64,000 nt of DNA from Candidatus Eiseniibacteriota bacterium (GCA_043809585.1 JBDROZ010000003.1:1-64000), one strand, 5' to 3'. Positions 19,943 to 29,687 are shown, numbered from the stretch's first letter. A program made the numbers and translations. The notes: a model not told the origin generated them from the sequence alone.

Positions 19943-20500
19943 TCAAAGGACCGGAGGGGAGGTGCCGACCCAGACCGCCTCGGCGCCGGAGCGGGAGGAG
20001 CAGAAGAAGGAGTGGGGCTCGTGGGCCTTGAAGTGGGCGCTGTCCCCCGCTTTCAGGCGGAAGCGCTCGCCCCCCACGATCAGATCGAGGCTCCCCTTGA
20101 GGACGGTGATCGCCTCCTCTCCCTCGTGAGCGCGGAGATGGGGCTCCACGGTGATCGGCGTCGCCAGGATCCGGCAGAAGTGCAGCGTGCCGCCGGGGAT
20201 GCCGTTCGACAGCCCTTCGAGCCGGATTCCCGTCCTCTCGTTGACGAGGATGGAGCGCTCGTCCTTCCCGACGCAGGCGATATCTTCCATCATCCGCTCT
20301 TCGATGAAGTAGCTCGCTGTCTTGTCGAGGGCCTTGGCGAGTTTTTCGAGGGCTCCGATGGTGGGCGACGTCATGCCCCGTTCGATCTGCGACGTGTGGG
20401 TCATGGAGACTCCGGAGAGAACCTCCACTTCCTTCAAGGTCAGTCCCTTTTGAAGACGAATGTCCTTGAGCCGTCGACCCAACTCTTCACGCGTCGGCAT
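19943..20500 (-). CDS. XRE-family HTH + cupin transcriptional regulator
   Basis: LGRRLKDIRLQKGLTL...SQIERG..SPTI..L; HEGEE...GDSAHF..HEPH cupin. Confidence 0.9.
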   Translation of the reverse strand: MPTREELGRRLKDIRLQKGLTLKEVEVLSGVSMTHTSQIERGMTSPTIGALEKLAKALDKTASYFIEERMMEDIACVGKDERSILVNERTGIRLEGLSNGIPGGTLHFCRILATPITVEPHLRAHEGEEAITVLKGSLDLIVGGERFRLKAGDSAHFKAHEPHSFFCSSRSGAEAVWVGTSPPVL

Positions 20501-20522
20501 GCGCTCGCGTCCTCCCTCCTCC

Positions 20523-20637
20523 GTTCCGATGGCGAGATGAGTCCCGGGAACGACGCACCTCACGGCTGCACGGTCAGGATGCTCCCCGGTAATGACCCTC
20601 TCGCGATCGGGAACAAACGTACCGCCCCGGTGGGCGG
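20523..20637 (-). ncRNA. Candidate structured 5' leader of the XRE-cupin gene
   Basis: On the minus strand gttcccgatcgcgaga pairs with tctcgccatcggaac, gggtc with gactc, ccggggagc with gttcccgg, apical gcc-GTGA-ggt; lies between the promoter and the RBS. Confidence 0.4.
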
Positions 20638-20660
20638 GAAGAAGGAACAGATTCGTGCTC

Positions 20661-20690
20661 AACCTATCATGGCGGGTTTTTGCCTGTCAA
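20661..20690 (-). promoter_or_regulatory. Sigma70-type promoter upstream of the XRE-cupin gene
   Basis: Minus strand TTGACA-18 nt (ending TGA)-TAGGTT. Confidence 0.55.
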
Positions 20691-20709
20691 GAACGAAGGA
20701 GGGCGCGAT

Positions 20710-21618
20710 TCACCCCAACCTCGCCCGCTTGCTGAGATAGGCGAAGAGGGCGGTGTCGTAGGGCGTGGCGGTGTCGATGAAGTTGTAGTCGATGCGGTGT
20801 TCCCTGCAGATCCGGCTATAGTGGCCGCGCCAGCGCCCGATCTCCTTCACGTACTCCTCCCGGATCCGCCAAGGCTGGGCGGTGACGTGATCGTCCGTTT
20901 CCATATCCTCGAAACGGACTTCTCGGTCGAAATCGAACCGGACCTCTTTCGGGTCGAGGATGTGGAAAACCACCACCTCGTGCTTCTTGTGGCGGAAATA
21001 GCGGAGCGCCGTCAGCACCCGCTCCGGGTCGTCCATCAGGTCCGAGAGGAGGATGACGAGGCCCCGGCGGTGGATCCGCTCGGTCAACTTCCGGAGCGAA
21101 TCGCCCACGTTCGTCGTCGACCCCGTCTTCGCCCCCTCGAGTTCCTTGAGGATCTGATGGAGGTGGGTCGCGGCGGCGCGGGGGGCGAGGTAGCGGCGGA
21201 GCTCGTCGTCGAAGAGGACGAGGCCGACCGAGTCCCGCTGCTGGAGCATGAGATAGGCGAGGGAGGCGGCGAGTTGGGCGGCGTAGACGAACTTGGTGAC
21301 CCCCTTCGAGCCGTAGCCCATGGAGGCGCTCGCGTCGAGGAGGAGATAGGCCCGGAGATTCGTCTCCTCCTCGTACTCCTTCACGTAGAACTTGTCCGAC
21401 TTGGCGTAGACCTTCCAGTCCACGTGGCGGAGCGGGTCGCCCGGCATGTACTGGCGGTGCTCGGCGAACTCGACGCTGAAGCCGCGGTACGGGCTCTTGT
21501 GGAGGCCCGCCACGAACCCCTCGACCACGAGACGGGCCTTGACGTCCATGCGGGCGAGGCGGGCGACGACCTCCGGATCGAGGAAGCGGCGGCGCTCGTC
21601 GAGGGCCCCTTCGCTCAT
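20710..21618 (-). CDS. DUF58 domain protein
   Basis: GLHKSPYRGFSVEFAEHRQYMPGD..RHVDWK, YVKEYEEET, LDASASM. Confidence 0.93.
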   Translation of the reverse strand: MSEGALDERRRFLDPEVVARLARMDVKARLVVEGFVAGLHKSPYRGFSVEFAEHRQYMPGDPLRHVDWKVYAKSDKFYVKEYEEETNLRAYLLLDASASMGYGSKGVTKFVYAAQLAASLAYLMLQQRDSVGLVLFDDELRRYLAPRAAATHLHQILKELEGAKTGSTTNVGDSLRKLTERIHRRGLVILLSDLMDDPERVLTALRYFRHKKHEVVVFHILDPKEVRFDFDREVRFEDMETDDHVTAQPWRIREEYVKEIGRWRGHYSRICREHRIDYNFIDTATPYDTALFAYLSKRARLG

Positions 21619-22610
21619 CGGCCGTCCCCGGGCACCGCCGCGATCAGCTTGCCGACGATGTCGAGGGCCTGGACCCCCTCCGCTTCGGCGCTGAAGTTGG
21701 TGACGATGCGGTGGCGGAGGACGGCGGGGGCGACCTGGATCACGTCGTCCACGGAGGGGGCGTACCGGCCGTCCAGGATGGCCCGGGTCTTGGCGCCGAG
21801 GAGGAGGTACTGGGAGGCCCGGGGGCCGGCGCCCCAGCTGACCCACCCCTTCACGAAGTCGGGACACTCCTTGACGGTCGGCCTGGTGGCCCGGGCGAGA
21901 CGGACGGCGTACTCGACCACGTGGGCGGGCGCGGGGACCCGGCGGACGAGCCTCTGGAGATCGACGATCTCGGGCCCCGTGAGGACTTTTCGGAGGTCCG
22001 CCTCGTAGGCGCTCGTGGTGGTCTCGGCGATGGTCCGCTCCTCCTCCTCCGTCGGGTAGTCGACCCAGAGGTTGAACATGAACCGGTCGAGCTGGGCCTC
22101 GGGAAGCGGATAGGTCCCCTCCTGCTCGATCGGGTTCTGTGTGGCGAGCACGAAGAAGGGGGGGGCGAGGTCGTAGGTCCTTCCCCCGGCGGTCACCTGA
22201 TGCTCCTGCATCGCCTGAAGGAGGGCGGCCTGGGTCTTCGGCGGCGTCCGGTTGATCTCGTCGGCGAGGACGATGTTCGCGAAGACCGGCCCCTTCAAGA
22301 AGGTGAAGACCCGGCGGTTCGTCCCCCGGTCCTCCTCGAGGATGTCCGTCCCGGTGATGTCCGACGGCATGAGGTCGGGCGTGAACTGGATCCGGTTGAA
22401 CTCGAGGTCGAGCACCTTGGCGAGGGTGCTGATCAGGAGGGTCTTCGCGAGGCCCGGCACCCCGACGAGGAGGCAATGGCCGTTCGCGAGGAGGGACGTC
22501 ATGAGGCCGTCGATGATCTCGGACTGGCCGACGATTACCTTCCGCACCTCGCCCAGGATGCTCTCCCGTGCCTGTTTCAGTCTTTCTACGGCCTGAAGAT
22601 CGGCGTCCAA
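21615..22610 (-). CDS. MoxR family AAA+ ATPase
   Basis: GVPGLAKT, RIQFTPDLMPSDITG, LADEINR.PPKTQ, ATQNPIEQEGTYPLPEAQLDRF; TTG start with AAGGAG RBS. Confidence 0.95.
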   Translation of the reverse strand: MDADLQAVERLKQARESILGEVRKVIVGQSEIIDGLMTSLLANGHCLLVGVPGLAKTLLISTLAKVLDLEFNRIQFTPDLMPSDITGTDILEEDRGTNRRVFTFLKGPVFANIVLADEINRTPPKTQAALLQAMQEHQVTAGGRTYDLAPPFFVLATQNPIEQEGTYPLPEAQLDRFMFNLWVDYPTEEEERTIAETTTSAYEADLRKVLTGPEIVDLQRLVRRVPAPAHVVEYAVRLARATRPTVKECPDFVKGWVSWGAGPRASQYLLLGAKTRAILDGRYAPSVDDVIQVAPAVLRHRIVTNFSAEAEGVQALDIVGKLIAAVPGDGR

Positions 22611-22901
22611 TGAGGTTCTCCTTGCGTATGGTTTTCGCCCGTCGAAGGCGGTGGGTTTCTTCGCTCTCACCCGCCCGGGGGGTCCGGAGTTCCCGAGCCT
22701 ATCACGGGGTTTGGGGGGGGTCAAAGGGGAAGGGCGCGGAGGGAGCCCGAAGCGGCTCGCCTCCGTAAACTCCTCCTCTGCACCCTGGAGGGATTGTGCT
22801 CGCGGGCAATACTCGTTCGGAGAACGGCGGAACGGGGGAACATCACCCACTTACTCCGGTTCCGCGTGATCGGGGGTGTCGGTATCGTGTACCTTGATCT
22901 C

Positions 22902-23561
22902 ATGGTCACGAACGAGAACATCGCCGAGGTCGTCGGCATTCTCCGCCGGGAGGTCCGTGCGTGGCGGGAGCCGGTGACGGAGCGGTCCGTGAAGGCGAAG
23001 CGGGACCCTTTCCGGGTGCTGATCGGCTGTCTTCTGTCGCTCCGGACGAAGGACGAGGTGACGGACGGGGCGTCGGAACGCCTCTTCGCCCTCGCCGACA
23101 CGCCGGGCGCGATGCTCCGCCTCCGGACGAAGACCATCGAGAAGGCGATCTTCCCCGTCGGCTTCTACCGGAACAAGGCGAAGCAGATCCGGGGAATCTG
23201 CCGCGTCCTGATCGCCGAATACGAGGGCCGGGTCCCGGACACGATCGACGAGCTGGTGAAGCTGAAAGGCGTCGGCCGGAAGACGGCGAACCTCGTCGTC
23301 ACCCGGGGCCACGACAAGCAGGGCATCTGCGTCGACATCCACGTCCACCGGATCACCAACCGGTGGGGGTACGTGAAGACCGGAACTCCCGACGAGACCG
23401 AGTCCGCACTCCGGGAGAAGCTCCCGGGGCGCTACTGGAAGTCGATCAACGGCCTCCTGGTCGCCTACGGCCAGAACCTCTGCCGCCCCGTCTCCCCCTT
23501 CTGCTCGAGATGCAAGCTCGCCGATGTGTGTGGGCAAAACGGTGTGACGACGAGAAGGTAG
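22902..23561 (+). CDS. nth: Endonuclease III
   Basis: GFYRNKAK, LKGVGRKTAN HhH, VDIHVHRI, C-x6-C-x2-C-x5-C Fe-S motif. Confidence 0.93.
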   Translation: MVTNENIAEVVGILRREVRAWREPVTERSVKAKRDPFRVLIGCLLSLRTKDEVTDGASERLFALADTPGAMLRLRTKTIEKAIFPVGFYRNKAKQIRGICRVLIAEYEGRVPDTIDELVKLKGVGRKTANLVVTRGHDKQGICVDIHVHRITNRWGYVKTGTPDETESALREKLPGRYWKSINGLLVAYGQNLCRPVSPFCSRCKLADVCGQNGVTTRR

Positions 23562-23677
23562 GGCTCATTCCGAAGCGACAAACGCGGCGAGACCGGCGAG
23601 GAGCCCACGGGCCCGGGTGGGCGAACGCCTTTCCCTTCCCCCCCGGCCGCACGGGGTCCCTCGTCCTTCCCCCTTCG

Positions 23678-23726
23678 CCCTTCGATACACCGCCCGGCTT
23701 CGCCGGTCGGCACTCAGGACGAACGG
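23678..23726 (-). repeat. REP-like GTCCTGAG-hairpin-GTATCGAAGGG element
   Basis: Reverse complement ccgttcgtcctgagtgccgaccggcgaagccgggcggtgtatcgaaggg; same flanks as 991-1024 with a different internal stem. Confidence 0.6.
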
Positions 23727-24012
23727 GGAGGGGGAGTCCTTCTCCCCGGCAGTCCTTGTTGATCATCCCCCGCCACGGCGGGTGGCGCCGGGGGCCCGTG
23801 AGAAGCGCAGGCACAGAGCGCAAGATCCCGATCACGGATGCATCACTGAAGACGAAACGTGCGGTTCAGGTGATGAGGAGGGAGAAGAGCAAATGCGCGA
23901 ATGCCGAGCATCGCCGCGGGCCACCGGCGACAGGACCCGCCGAGCAAGGATATCCAGGGGCCGCCGAGCGAAATCATCCAGTTTGAACCCCGACCGAACG
24001 GGTATAAGACGC

Positions 24013-25350
24013 CTATCGCAGCGTCCGGTAGTAGAGGAACCGCGTACGGCCGGCCACCACCTCCCACGGTCCGAGGTCGACCGTGTCCACGATCCGCCCC
24101 CCCTTCCCGTAGAGTTCGAGCGTCGACCTATCGTAGTACCCCGGCGGCAGAGTGAGCCTCGCCATCTGGAAGCTCCCCGGCAGCGTCTCCCAGCTCCGGA
24201 GGTCCGCCTGCTCGTTCGCCGAGTTCACCAGGTTCAAGACCGTTCCGAGGAGCCAGTTCTCCTTCTTCACCTTGTCCACTTCCACGTGCTTCACGAGGAG
24301 CCGGGCCGCCTGCTTTGCGATCACCCGGTGGTACCGGTCCTCCAGGTCCTTCACCGCGATCGCCGAGACGTCGCCGACGATTTCCGTCCGCGCCGATCCC
24401 TCCCCCGCTCGAAAGACCCCGTACACCGCCTCCGGCGGGATCGCCCGATACGTCGGAAACGAGACCGAGTAGAGCTGCCCCCCGATGGCCACGTCGAACC
24501 GGGCGCTCTCCTTCACCGGCGCCTGCCCGTTCTCGAGGACCAGCACCAGCTCGCCGAGCTCCTTCCGGTCGTCGTAGGGCGTCCACGTTTGGTCCGGCCA
24601 ACGCTCCCGGAACTCCTTCATGACATGGGAAAGCCCCTGGGCCTCCGCGAGCCGGAGCACCGACTCCCGGAGCGACGGCGGGAAGGGGGTCCCGTACCAC
24701 TCCTCGTGCTTGTCGAAGGCGCTCACGGCCAGCCGGCAATCGACAAGGGCGTCGTTCTTGTTCCCCGCCGACTCGTAGATCACTCCCGAGAGATACCGCG
24801 CGAAGGCGTCCTCCGAATAGACGCTCTTCCGCTCGTACTTCTCCTGGAGTTCGACCAACTTCTCGTTCAGCGCCCGGCATTCGACGAGCGCCTCGCTCGG
24901 CTGTTCGAGGGTGAGGTAGTTGAGGGCCTTGAAGGGATGGACGAGGACCTTCTCGAAGTCCTCCCCCTTGTATTCGATCGAGTAATCGTTGACGAGGAGG
25001 GACGCCGCCTCGTCCGTGACGTCCCGGACGTCCACCTCCGCGAATATCCGCTCCGCCTCGGCGAATGCCGCGTTCGACTCGTCCGGCCGCCCGAGGGTGT
25101 GGGCGATCAATCCCCGGTCGAGGGCGAAGAGCAGCCGGTCCTTCTTGTGCTCCGCCTTCGCCAGGAGCTCCGCCGCCCCGTCCGGATTCCCCTCGTAGAA
25201 CGCCCGGTACCCCTCCCGCCGCTTCTCCAGCCGGTTGACCCCGCAGCCGGAGATCGTGAGAACCAGAAAAAGGCAGGCGAACACGGCGGTATTGTCATTC
25301 CGTCGGAACGTGCCCGCGGCGTTTCGCGGCGGATTCTCGAGAGATGACAC
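24013..25350 (-). CDS. COG3014-like TPR lipoprotein
   Basis: Lipobox ISGC; YKGEDFEK..KALNYL..ALVE.R, ADLRSWETLP; typical neighbour of lpoB. Confidence 0.8.
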   Translation of the reverse strand: MSSLENPPRNAAGTFRRNDNTAVFACLFLVLTISGCGVNRLEKRREGYRAFYEGNPDGAAELLAKAEHKKDRLLFALDRGLIAHTLGRPDESNAAFAEAERIFAEVDVRDVTDEAASLLVNDYSIEYKGEDFEKVLVHPFKALNYLTLEQPSEALVECRALNEKLVELQEKYERKSVYSEDAFARYLSGVIYESAGNKNDALVDCRLAVSAFDKHEEWYGTPFPPSLRESVLRLAEAQGLSHVMKEFRERWPDQTWTPYDDRKELGELVLVLENGQAPVKESARFDVAIGGQLYSVSFPTYRAIPPEAVYGVFRAGEGSARTEIVGDVSAIAVKDLEDRYHRVIAKQAARLLVKHVEVDKVKKENWLLGTVLNLVNSANEQADLRSWETLPGSFQMARLTLPPGYYDRSTLELYGKGGRIVDTVDLGPWEVVAGRTRFLYYRTLR

Positions 25351-25370
25351 TGTCTTTCTCCCCGCGCTTG

Positions 25371-25551
25371 TAGCCCGTGGATTCCGAGAGGTTTCGTCAC
25401 GAGGGCTTGGATCGGGTGGCGAGAGACGGCACCGGACGAGCCGGCCCCGGAGGCGTAGCCTAAGCTACGGCGAGGAGGCCGGCGAAGGAGGAGCCGTTTC
25501 GCAGCCCCCGATCAGAGCCCGCAGCAGGAAACTCGAGGAATCCGCGGGCTA
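25371..25551 (+). repeat. GA-loop rod hairpin element, copy B
   Basis: Arms tagcccgtggattcc/ggaatccgcgggcta; loops gtcacga/gcagca, ggcga/gcag, cggacga/gaaggag, cggag/cga. Confidence 0.85.
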
Positions 25552-26163
25552 GAAACGGGTCCCGCTGGCTTCGAAGCGCTTCACGATTTCCGTGTCGTCG
25601 GTCCACTCGATGATCGCCGACTGGAGGTTCGTCAGATTGAGGGTCGTCTTGTACGTGACGACCCGCTTCTTATCCAGGGTCGACGAGATCGACGAGAGAT
25701 CCCCGGTCAGGATGTACATCGCCCCCTCCTGGCGCCCCGTCCGGACCGCCCGGGAAGGATCGACCGCGCCCGAGGCCTGGTACTTGTACTCCTCGAGAAT
25801 CGCGTCCCGCGCCTCCTTGTTCAGAAAGCGGACCCGCTGGGATTTCACGAGCTTCGTCCGGATCATGTCGGTCAGCGCCTTCACGTCGATGTGTTCCGCC
25901 GTCCCGTTTACCACCTCGTCCACGATCACCACGGGGCGTTCGCCCGGATTGAGGGCGGTGAATTCGGCGATCCACGGCGCGTTCAGGAGCGACTCCACCA
26001 TCTCGTCCGCCACGATCTGGTTGTCCACGTGGGACCACTTCGTGTCGTACTGGAGGTCCGTCGTCGGATCGAGGCGTTCCATCTCGATCGATTTGCCGCA
26101 GCCGTTGAAGGCGAAGACGAGCACCGCCGCGCCGAAGCCGATGATTCGAGTGATTCCTTGCAT
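25549..26163 (-). CDS. lpoB: Penicillin-binding protein activator LpoB-family lipoprotein
   Basis: Lipobox FNGC; PVVIVDEVVNGTAEHID, G..GA.YILTG.LSSI, L.LTNL...IIEW. Confidence 0.85.
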   Translation of the reverse strand: MQGITRIIGFGAAVLVFAFNGCGKSIEMERLDPTTDLQYDTKWSHVDNQIVADEMVESLLNAPWIAEFTALNPGERPVVIVDEVVNGTAEHIDVKALTDMIRTKLVKSQRVRFLNKEARDAILEEYKYQASGAVDPSRAVRTGRQEGAMYILTGDLSSISSTLDKKRVVTYKTTLNLTNLQSAIIEWTDDTEIVKRFEASGTRF

Positions 26164-26364
26164 GACCATCCTCCCTCCGAGGAGTGTCGAACCCGACGGG
26201 TCCTGTGTCGATCCGGCGCGGTCCCCGCGGAACCCCGTCCCGCACAGTCCACGCATTTTCATTCTTCGCCACGCTTTATGGGACCGCCGCCCGGTATCGG
26301 GACGGACCCCCCTTTGTCACCGCCCAGTTCACAGCAAGAAGAATGCCCGGGTTCCCGGCGTCTC

Positions 26365-26799
26365 CTATTCCGCGCCCACACCCGCGGCCGCCCCCGCCGC
26401 ATGGGCGCTGAGCCGGAGGAGGATCGGCTCGCTCACCGCGAGTTCCTTCCCCATGCCCCCCTTCGCGCGGATCCGGTAATAGAGCATGGTCCGGGCGAGG
26501 AACGGCTCCCGGACCTTCTCCGGGAACGGGATGAAGGCGGCCGAAGTCTTCCCCTTCCAGATCCCGCGCTTTCCCTCGTCCAGGATCTCCACGTCGTAAC
26601 CCGTCGCGCCGGGCACCGGGCGCCACCGGATTTCGTCCGGCACTCCCTCCTGCAGTCCCACGGGAAAGACGGGGAGAACGAAGGGGATCTCGTTCTCCGC
26701 GATCTTCGGGGCCGGTACGCGAATCGCGAAATACCATACCGCCATGAACGCGAGAACCGCCACCACTCCGAGCGCCGTCCAACGTGTCGCCACGGACAT
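26365..26799 (-). CDS. Membrane-anchored hypothetical protein (Ig/FN3-like strand pattern)
   Basis: 144 aa; N-terminal TM; WRPVPGATGYDVEI...YYRIRA; AAGGAG RBS. Confidence 0.65.
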   Translation of the reverse strand: MSVATRWTALGVVAVLAFMAVWYFAIRVPAPKIAENEIPFVLPVFPVGLQEGVPDEIRWRPVPGATGYDVEILDEGKRGIWKGKTSAAFIPFPEKVREPFLARTMLYYRIRAKGGMGKELAVSEPILLRLSAHAAGAAAGVGAE

Positions 26800-26955
26800 C
26801 TCCTTTCCCGGGCCTTCCGGCCCCGCTTAAGGCATTGTAACGGAATCGCCGCAGCGATCCAGCATCGAGATCGGGAACCGGAGCGTCCCGGCGTTGTATA
26901 CACTAAGTACAAACGACCCACCGGCGGTCCCTCGGGCCGCTCGAAAGGAGCAAGA

Positions 26956-28449
26956 ATGAGAACCGAAGACCACAACCCCAACGGAAACAATAGGTTCCTG
27001 GCGCCGATCCTGGCCGGAGTCGCCGCGACGGCAGTTCTCGCCGCCCTATTCGCGTTCTTCGGGACCGGAGCTCCGGCCCACGCCATGGATCCGGACGAGA
27101 GGGCGGCGATCGGTGCGGCGAAGAGTCTCGGCAAGGCGTTCACCGCCGTCTCCCGGGAAGTGATCCCCGCGGTGGTGACCGTCACGAGCGACAAGGTGGT
27201 GCGTCCCGCTCAGGGACTTCCGAACAATGACATGCACGACTTCTTCCGCTTCTTCGGCATGCCCTTCGGCGAGGACGGGGGACCGGAGATGGTCCAGCGC
27301 GCCCTCGGATCCGGTGTGATCATCTCCGAAGACGGTTACATCATCACCAACAGCCACGTGGTGGCGAACGCGAAGGAGATCGCCGTCATCCTCTCGGACG
27401 GCGAGGAGTACGGCGCCGAAGTGATCGGTACGGACCCGAAGTCGGACGTGGCGGTGATCCGGATCGAAGGGCGGAACCTCCCCTACGCGAAGCTCGGGGA
27501 CTCGGACGCCCTCGAGGTGGGCGAATGGGTGCTCGCCGTCGGCTCCCCCTTCAGCCAGAACCTGAACCACACGGTGACGGCGGGTATTGTCTCCGCCAAG
27601 AGCCGCGTGGCCGTGGGGCTCGCGGATTATGAGGACTTCATCCAGACCGACGCCGCGATCAACCCCGGGAATTCAGGGGGAGCGCTCGTGAACCTGGACG
27701 GTGAGGTGGTCGGCATCAACGCGGCCATCGCCTCCCGGAGCGGTGGGTCCCAAGGGGTCGGCTTCGCGATTCCGATCAACATGGTCACCCGGATCAAGGA
27801 CGCCCTGATTCAGGACGGTGCCGTGACGCGCGGATGGATCGGCATCGGCATCCAGGAGGTGAGCCGGGAAATCCAGGACGCCCTCGACCTTCCCGACAAG
27901 AACGGCGTGCTGATCTCGAACGTCATGGACGATAGCCCGGCGGCCGAGGCGAAACTCGAGCGCCAGGACGTGATCGTGTCACTCAACGGCAGGAAGGTGG
28001 AGAGCATGCGGACCTTCCGGAACGAGATCGCCGATACGCCTCCGGGATCGGACGTGAGGCTCGGCATCCTCCGCAAGGGGAAGACGATCGACAAGACGGT
28101 GACCCTCGGCCGGCTGCCCGGCGAGGAGGAGCCGGCGCCGGCGATCGCCCGGGCGGCGGGGGAGAAGCTCGGCATCGACGCCCGCGCCCTCGACGCGGAA
28201 ACCCGCGGGGCCTACGGCATCGAGAGAAGTGGAGGCGTGGTCGTCACCGGCGTTCGCCGCGGCTCGCCGGCGGCGCGGGAAGGCGTCCGGGAGGGGGACA
28301 TGATCGTCTCCCTGAACGAACAGGAGATCGAGTCCATGGCCGACTACGGCCGGGCCATGGACGCCCTCGAAGAGGGGGAGGTCGCCCTCTTCCTCGTCGA
28401 AAGGGGCGGATCGACGTTCTTCGTCGGCGTGCGGGTTCCGAAGGAGTAG
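26956..28449 (+). CDS. degP: HtrA/DegP (Do family) serine protease with two PDZ domains
   Basis: LGSGVII, TNSHVV, DPKSDVAV, IQTDAAINPGNSGGAL; AAGGAG RBS. Confidence 0.93.
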   Translation: MRTEDHNPNGNNRFLAPILAGVAATAVLAALFAFFGTGAPAHAMDPDERAAIGAAKSLGKAFTAVSREVIPAVVTVTSDKVVRPAQGLPNNDMHDFFRFFGMPFGEDGGPEMVQRALGSGVIISEDGYIITNSHVVANAKEIAVILSDGEEYGAEVIGTDPKSDVAVIRIEGRNLPYAKLGDSDALEVGEWVLAVGSPFSQNLNHTVTAGIVSAKSRVAVGLADYEDFIQTDAAINPGNSGGALVNLDGEVVGINAAIASRSGGSQGVGFAIPINMVTRIKDALIQDGAVTRGWIGIGIQEVSREIQDALDLPDKNGVLISNVMDDSPAAEAKLERQDVIVSLNGRKVESMRTFRNEIADTPPGSDVRLGILRKGKTIDKTVTLGRLPGEEEPAPAIARAAGEKLGIDARALDAETRGAYGIERSGGVVVTGVRRGSPAAREGVREGDMIVSLNEQEIESMADYGRAMDALEEGEVALFLVERGGSTFFVGVRVPKE

Positions 28450-28470
28450 ACGGGAAACTCACCGAACCGA

Positions 28471-28515
28471 AGAAGAGGGGCGGCCTCGCGTAGGGGGCCG
28501 CCCCTCTCGTTTCTT
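28471..28515. terminator. Probable bidirectional intrinsic terminator
   Basis: agaggggcggcctc/ggggccgcccctct stem with flanking purine and T-rich tracts between convergent genes. Confidence 0.7.
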
Positions 28516-28536
28516 CCCGGCTGCGCCCGCCGCGGG

Positions 28537-29076
28537 CTACAGGCCGAAGTTCACGGTGGCGATCAGCTTGAGATCCTCCCACTCCACGATCTGGCCGATG
28601 TCGGTGATGCCGAAGAAGTAGATCGACCCCTCCTTGATCGCCTCCTCGATCATGTCGAAGTTGGTGATGTACTTCTGGGAGTCCTCGAACGTGATGTCCC
28701 GGAATCCGCCCGGCGGTATCGGGTCCTTGATATCGAGGATCAGGTAGGTGTCGGGGTGGTCGGCGATGTCCTCGGGCTCCATGCCCAGAATGTCGATGGG
28801 AACCAGCGAGAGGTAGCCCTGCCCCTTACCCTCGAGATTGCCGTGGTTCCAGACCTTCACCACGAATCCGATCGCCTCGAGGGACTTGATCTTGTCCTTG
28901 TGATCCTTGTAGTCGGAGTTCTCGTTCAGGTCGACCGAGAGCGCGTAGATCTTCTGGTCCGAAACGTCCGTGTCGTCGTCGAACTTCTGCACGATCGTGA
29001 TCTGGCCGCTGATCAGCATGCAACCGGCGCCGAGCGCGAGAAGCAGAAGCGGGAGAGCTTTCGCGAGTCTGTTCAT
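28537..29076 (-). CDS. Hypothetical lipoprotein
   Basis: MNRLAKALPLLLLALGAGC lipobox; ATGA overlap with the upstream OMP gene. Confidence 0.8.
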   Translation of the reverse strand: MNRLAKALPLLLLALGAGCMLISGQITIVQKFDDDTDVSDQKIYALSVDLNENSDYKDHKDKIKSLEAIGFVVKVWNHGNLEGKGQGYLSLVPIDILGMEPEDIADHPDTYLILDIKDPIPPGGFRDITFEDSQKYITNFDMIEEAIKEGSIYFFGITDIGQIVEWEDLKLIATVNFGL

Positions 29077-29648
29077 TTTACCTCCCCTCCTCCCCCAAAC
29101 CCGAAGTAGTAGTTGAGGCCGCCGTAGACGCCGGCGCTCTTCCGGGAGCCGCCGCCGTCGAGACTGATGACGTAGAACCGGCCGCCGATCTCCACGTCGA
29201 ACTTGGCCCCCGCCTTGAACACCAGGCCCGTCCCCACGTTGAAGCCGAACCGGGTCTGGTCTTCGACGTAATCCAGATCGGACTTCAGCGAGTACGCTCC
29301 GACGCCGCCGCCGACCCAGAGGCCGACGCCGGGCTCGGTCCGGAGGCTCCCGAAGCTGGCGTTCAGCTCGTACGAGGCGATCGAACCGCCCTTCTGCATG
29401 AACGTGCCGACGTCCTCGTCTTCGTTTTCCTTGTCTCCGACGGAGATGAACGTGATGGTCGGCTCGAGCACCACCACGGGCGCGCCGATCTTCGCCTTGA
29501 AGCCGAAGAGCGCCCCCGATCCCGCGTCGTCCTGGAGGATCGTGAAATTGTACCCGCCGAAGCCGCCCACCGCGACCCCCGCCGCGGCCGGCGCCGCGAG
29601 GAAGGGGACGAGGAGCAGGGCGAGCCACACGCCGCGAACGCGATTCAT
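29073..29648 (-). CDS. Small (8-strand-type) outer-membrane beta-barrel protein
   Basis: Signal peptide; GGGVGAY, FGFNVGTG, GGLNYYF strands. Confidence 0.82.
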   Translation of the reverse strand: MNRVRGVWLALLLVPFLAAPAAAGVAVGGFGGYNFTILQDDAGSGALFGFKAKIGAPVVVLEPTITFISVGDKENEDEDVGTFMQKGGSIASYELNASFGSLRTEPGVGLWVGGGVGAYSLKSDLDYVEDQTRFGFNVGTGLVFKAGAKFDVEIGGRFYVISLDGGGSRKSAGVYGGLNYYFGFGGGGEVK

Positions 29649-29687
29649 ACCATGCCCTCCGTTCCGCCCGGGACGGACGATGTCCCC

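Noticed and set aside
26874-26900. ECF-type GGAAC promoter upstream of degP
   Set aside because: Spacing to a -10 element is ambiguous; cannot be supported from sequence alone.
4063-28449. Apparent N-terminal fusions in track ORFs (rsmA 511 aa, tatD 775 aa, surA 892 aa, DUF58 588 aa, degP 852 aa)
   Set aside because: The extensions overlap upstream genes in another frame; true starts lie at stop/start overlaps or clear RBSs.
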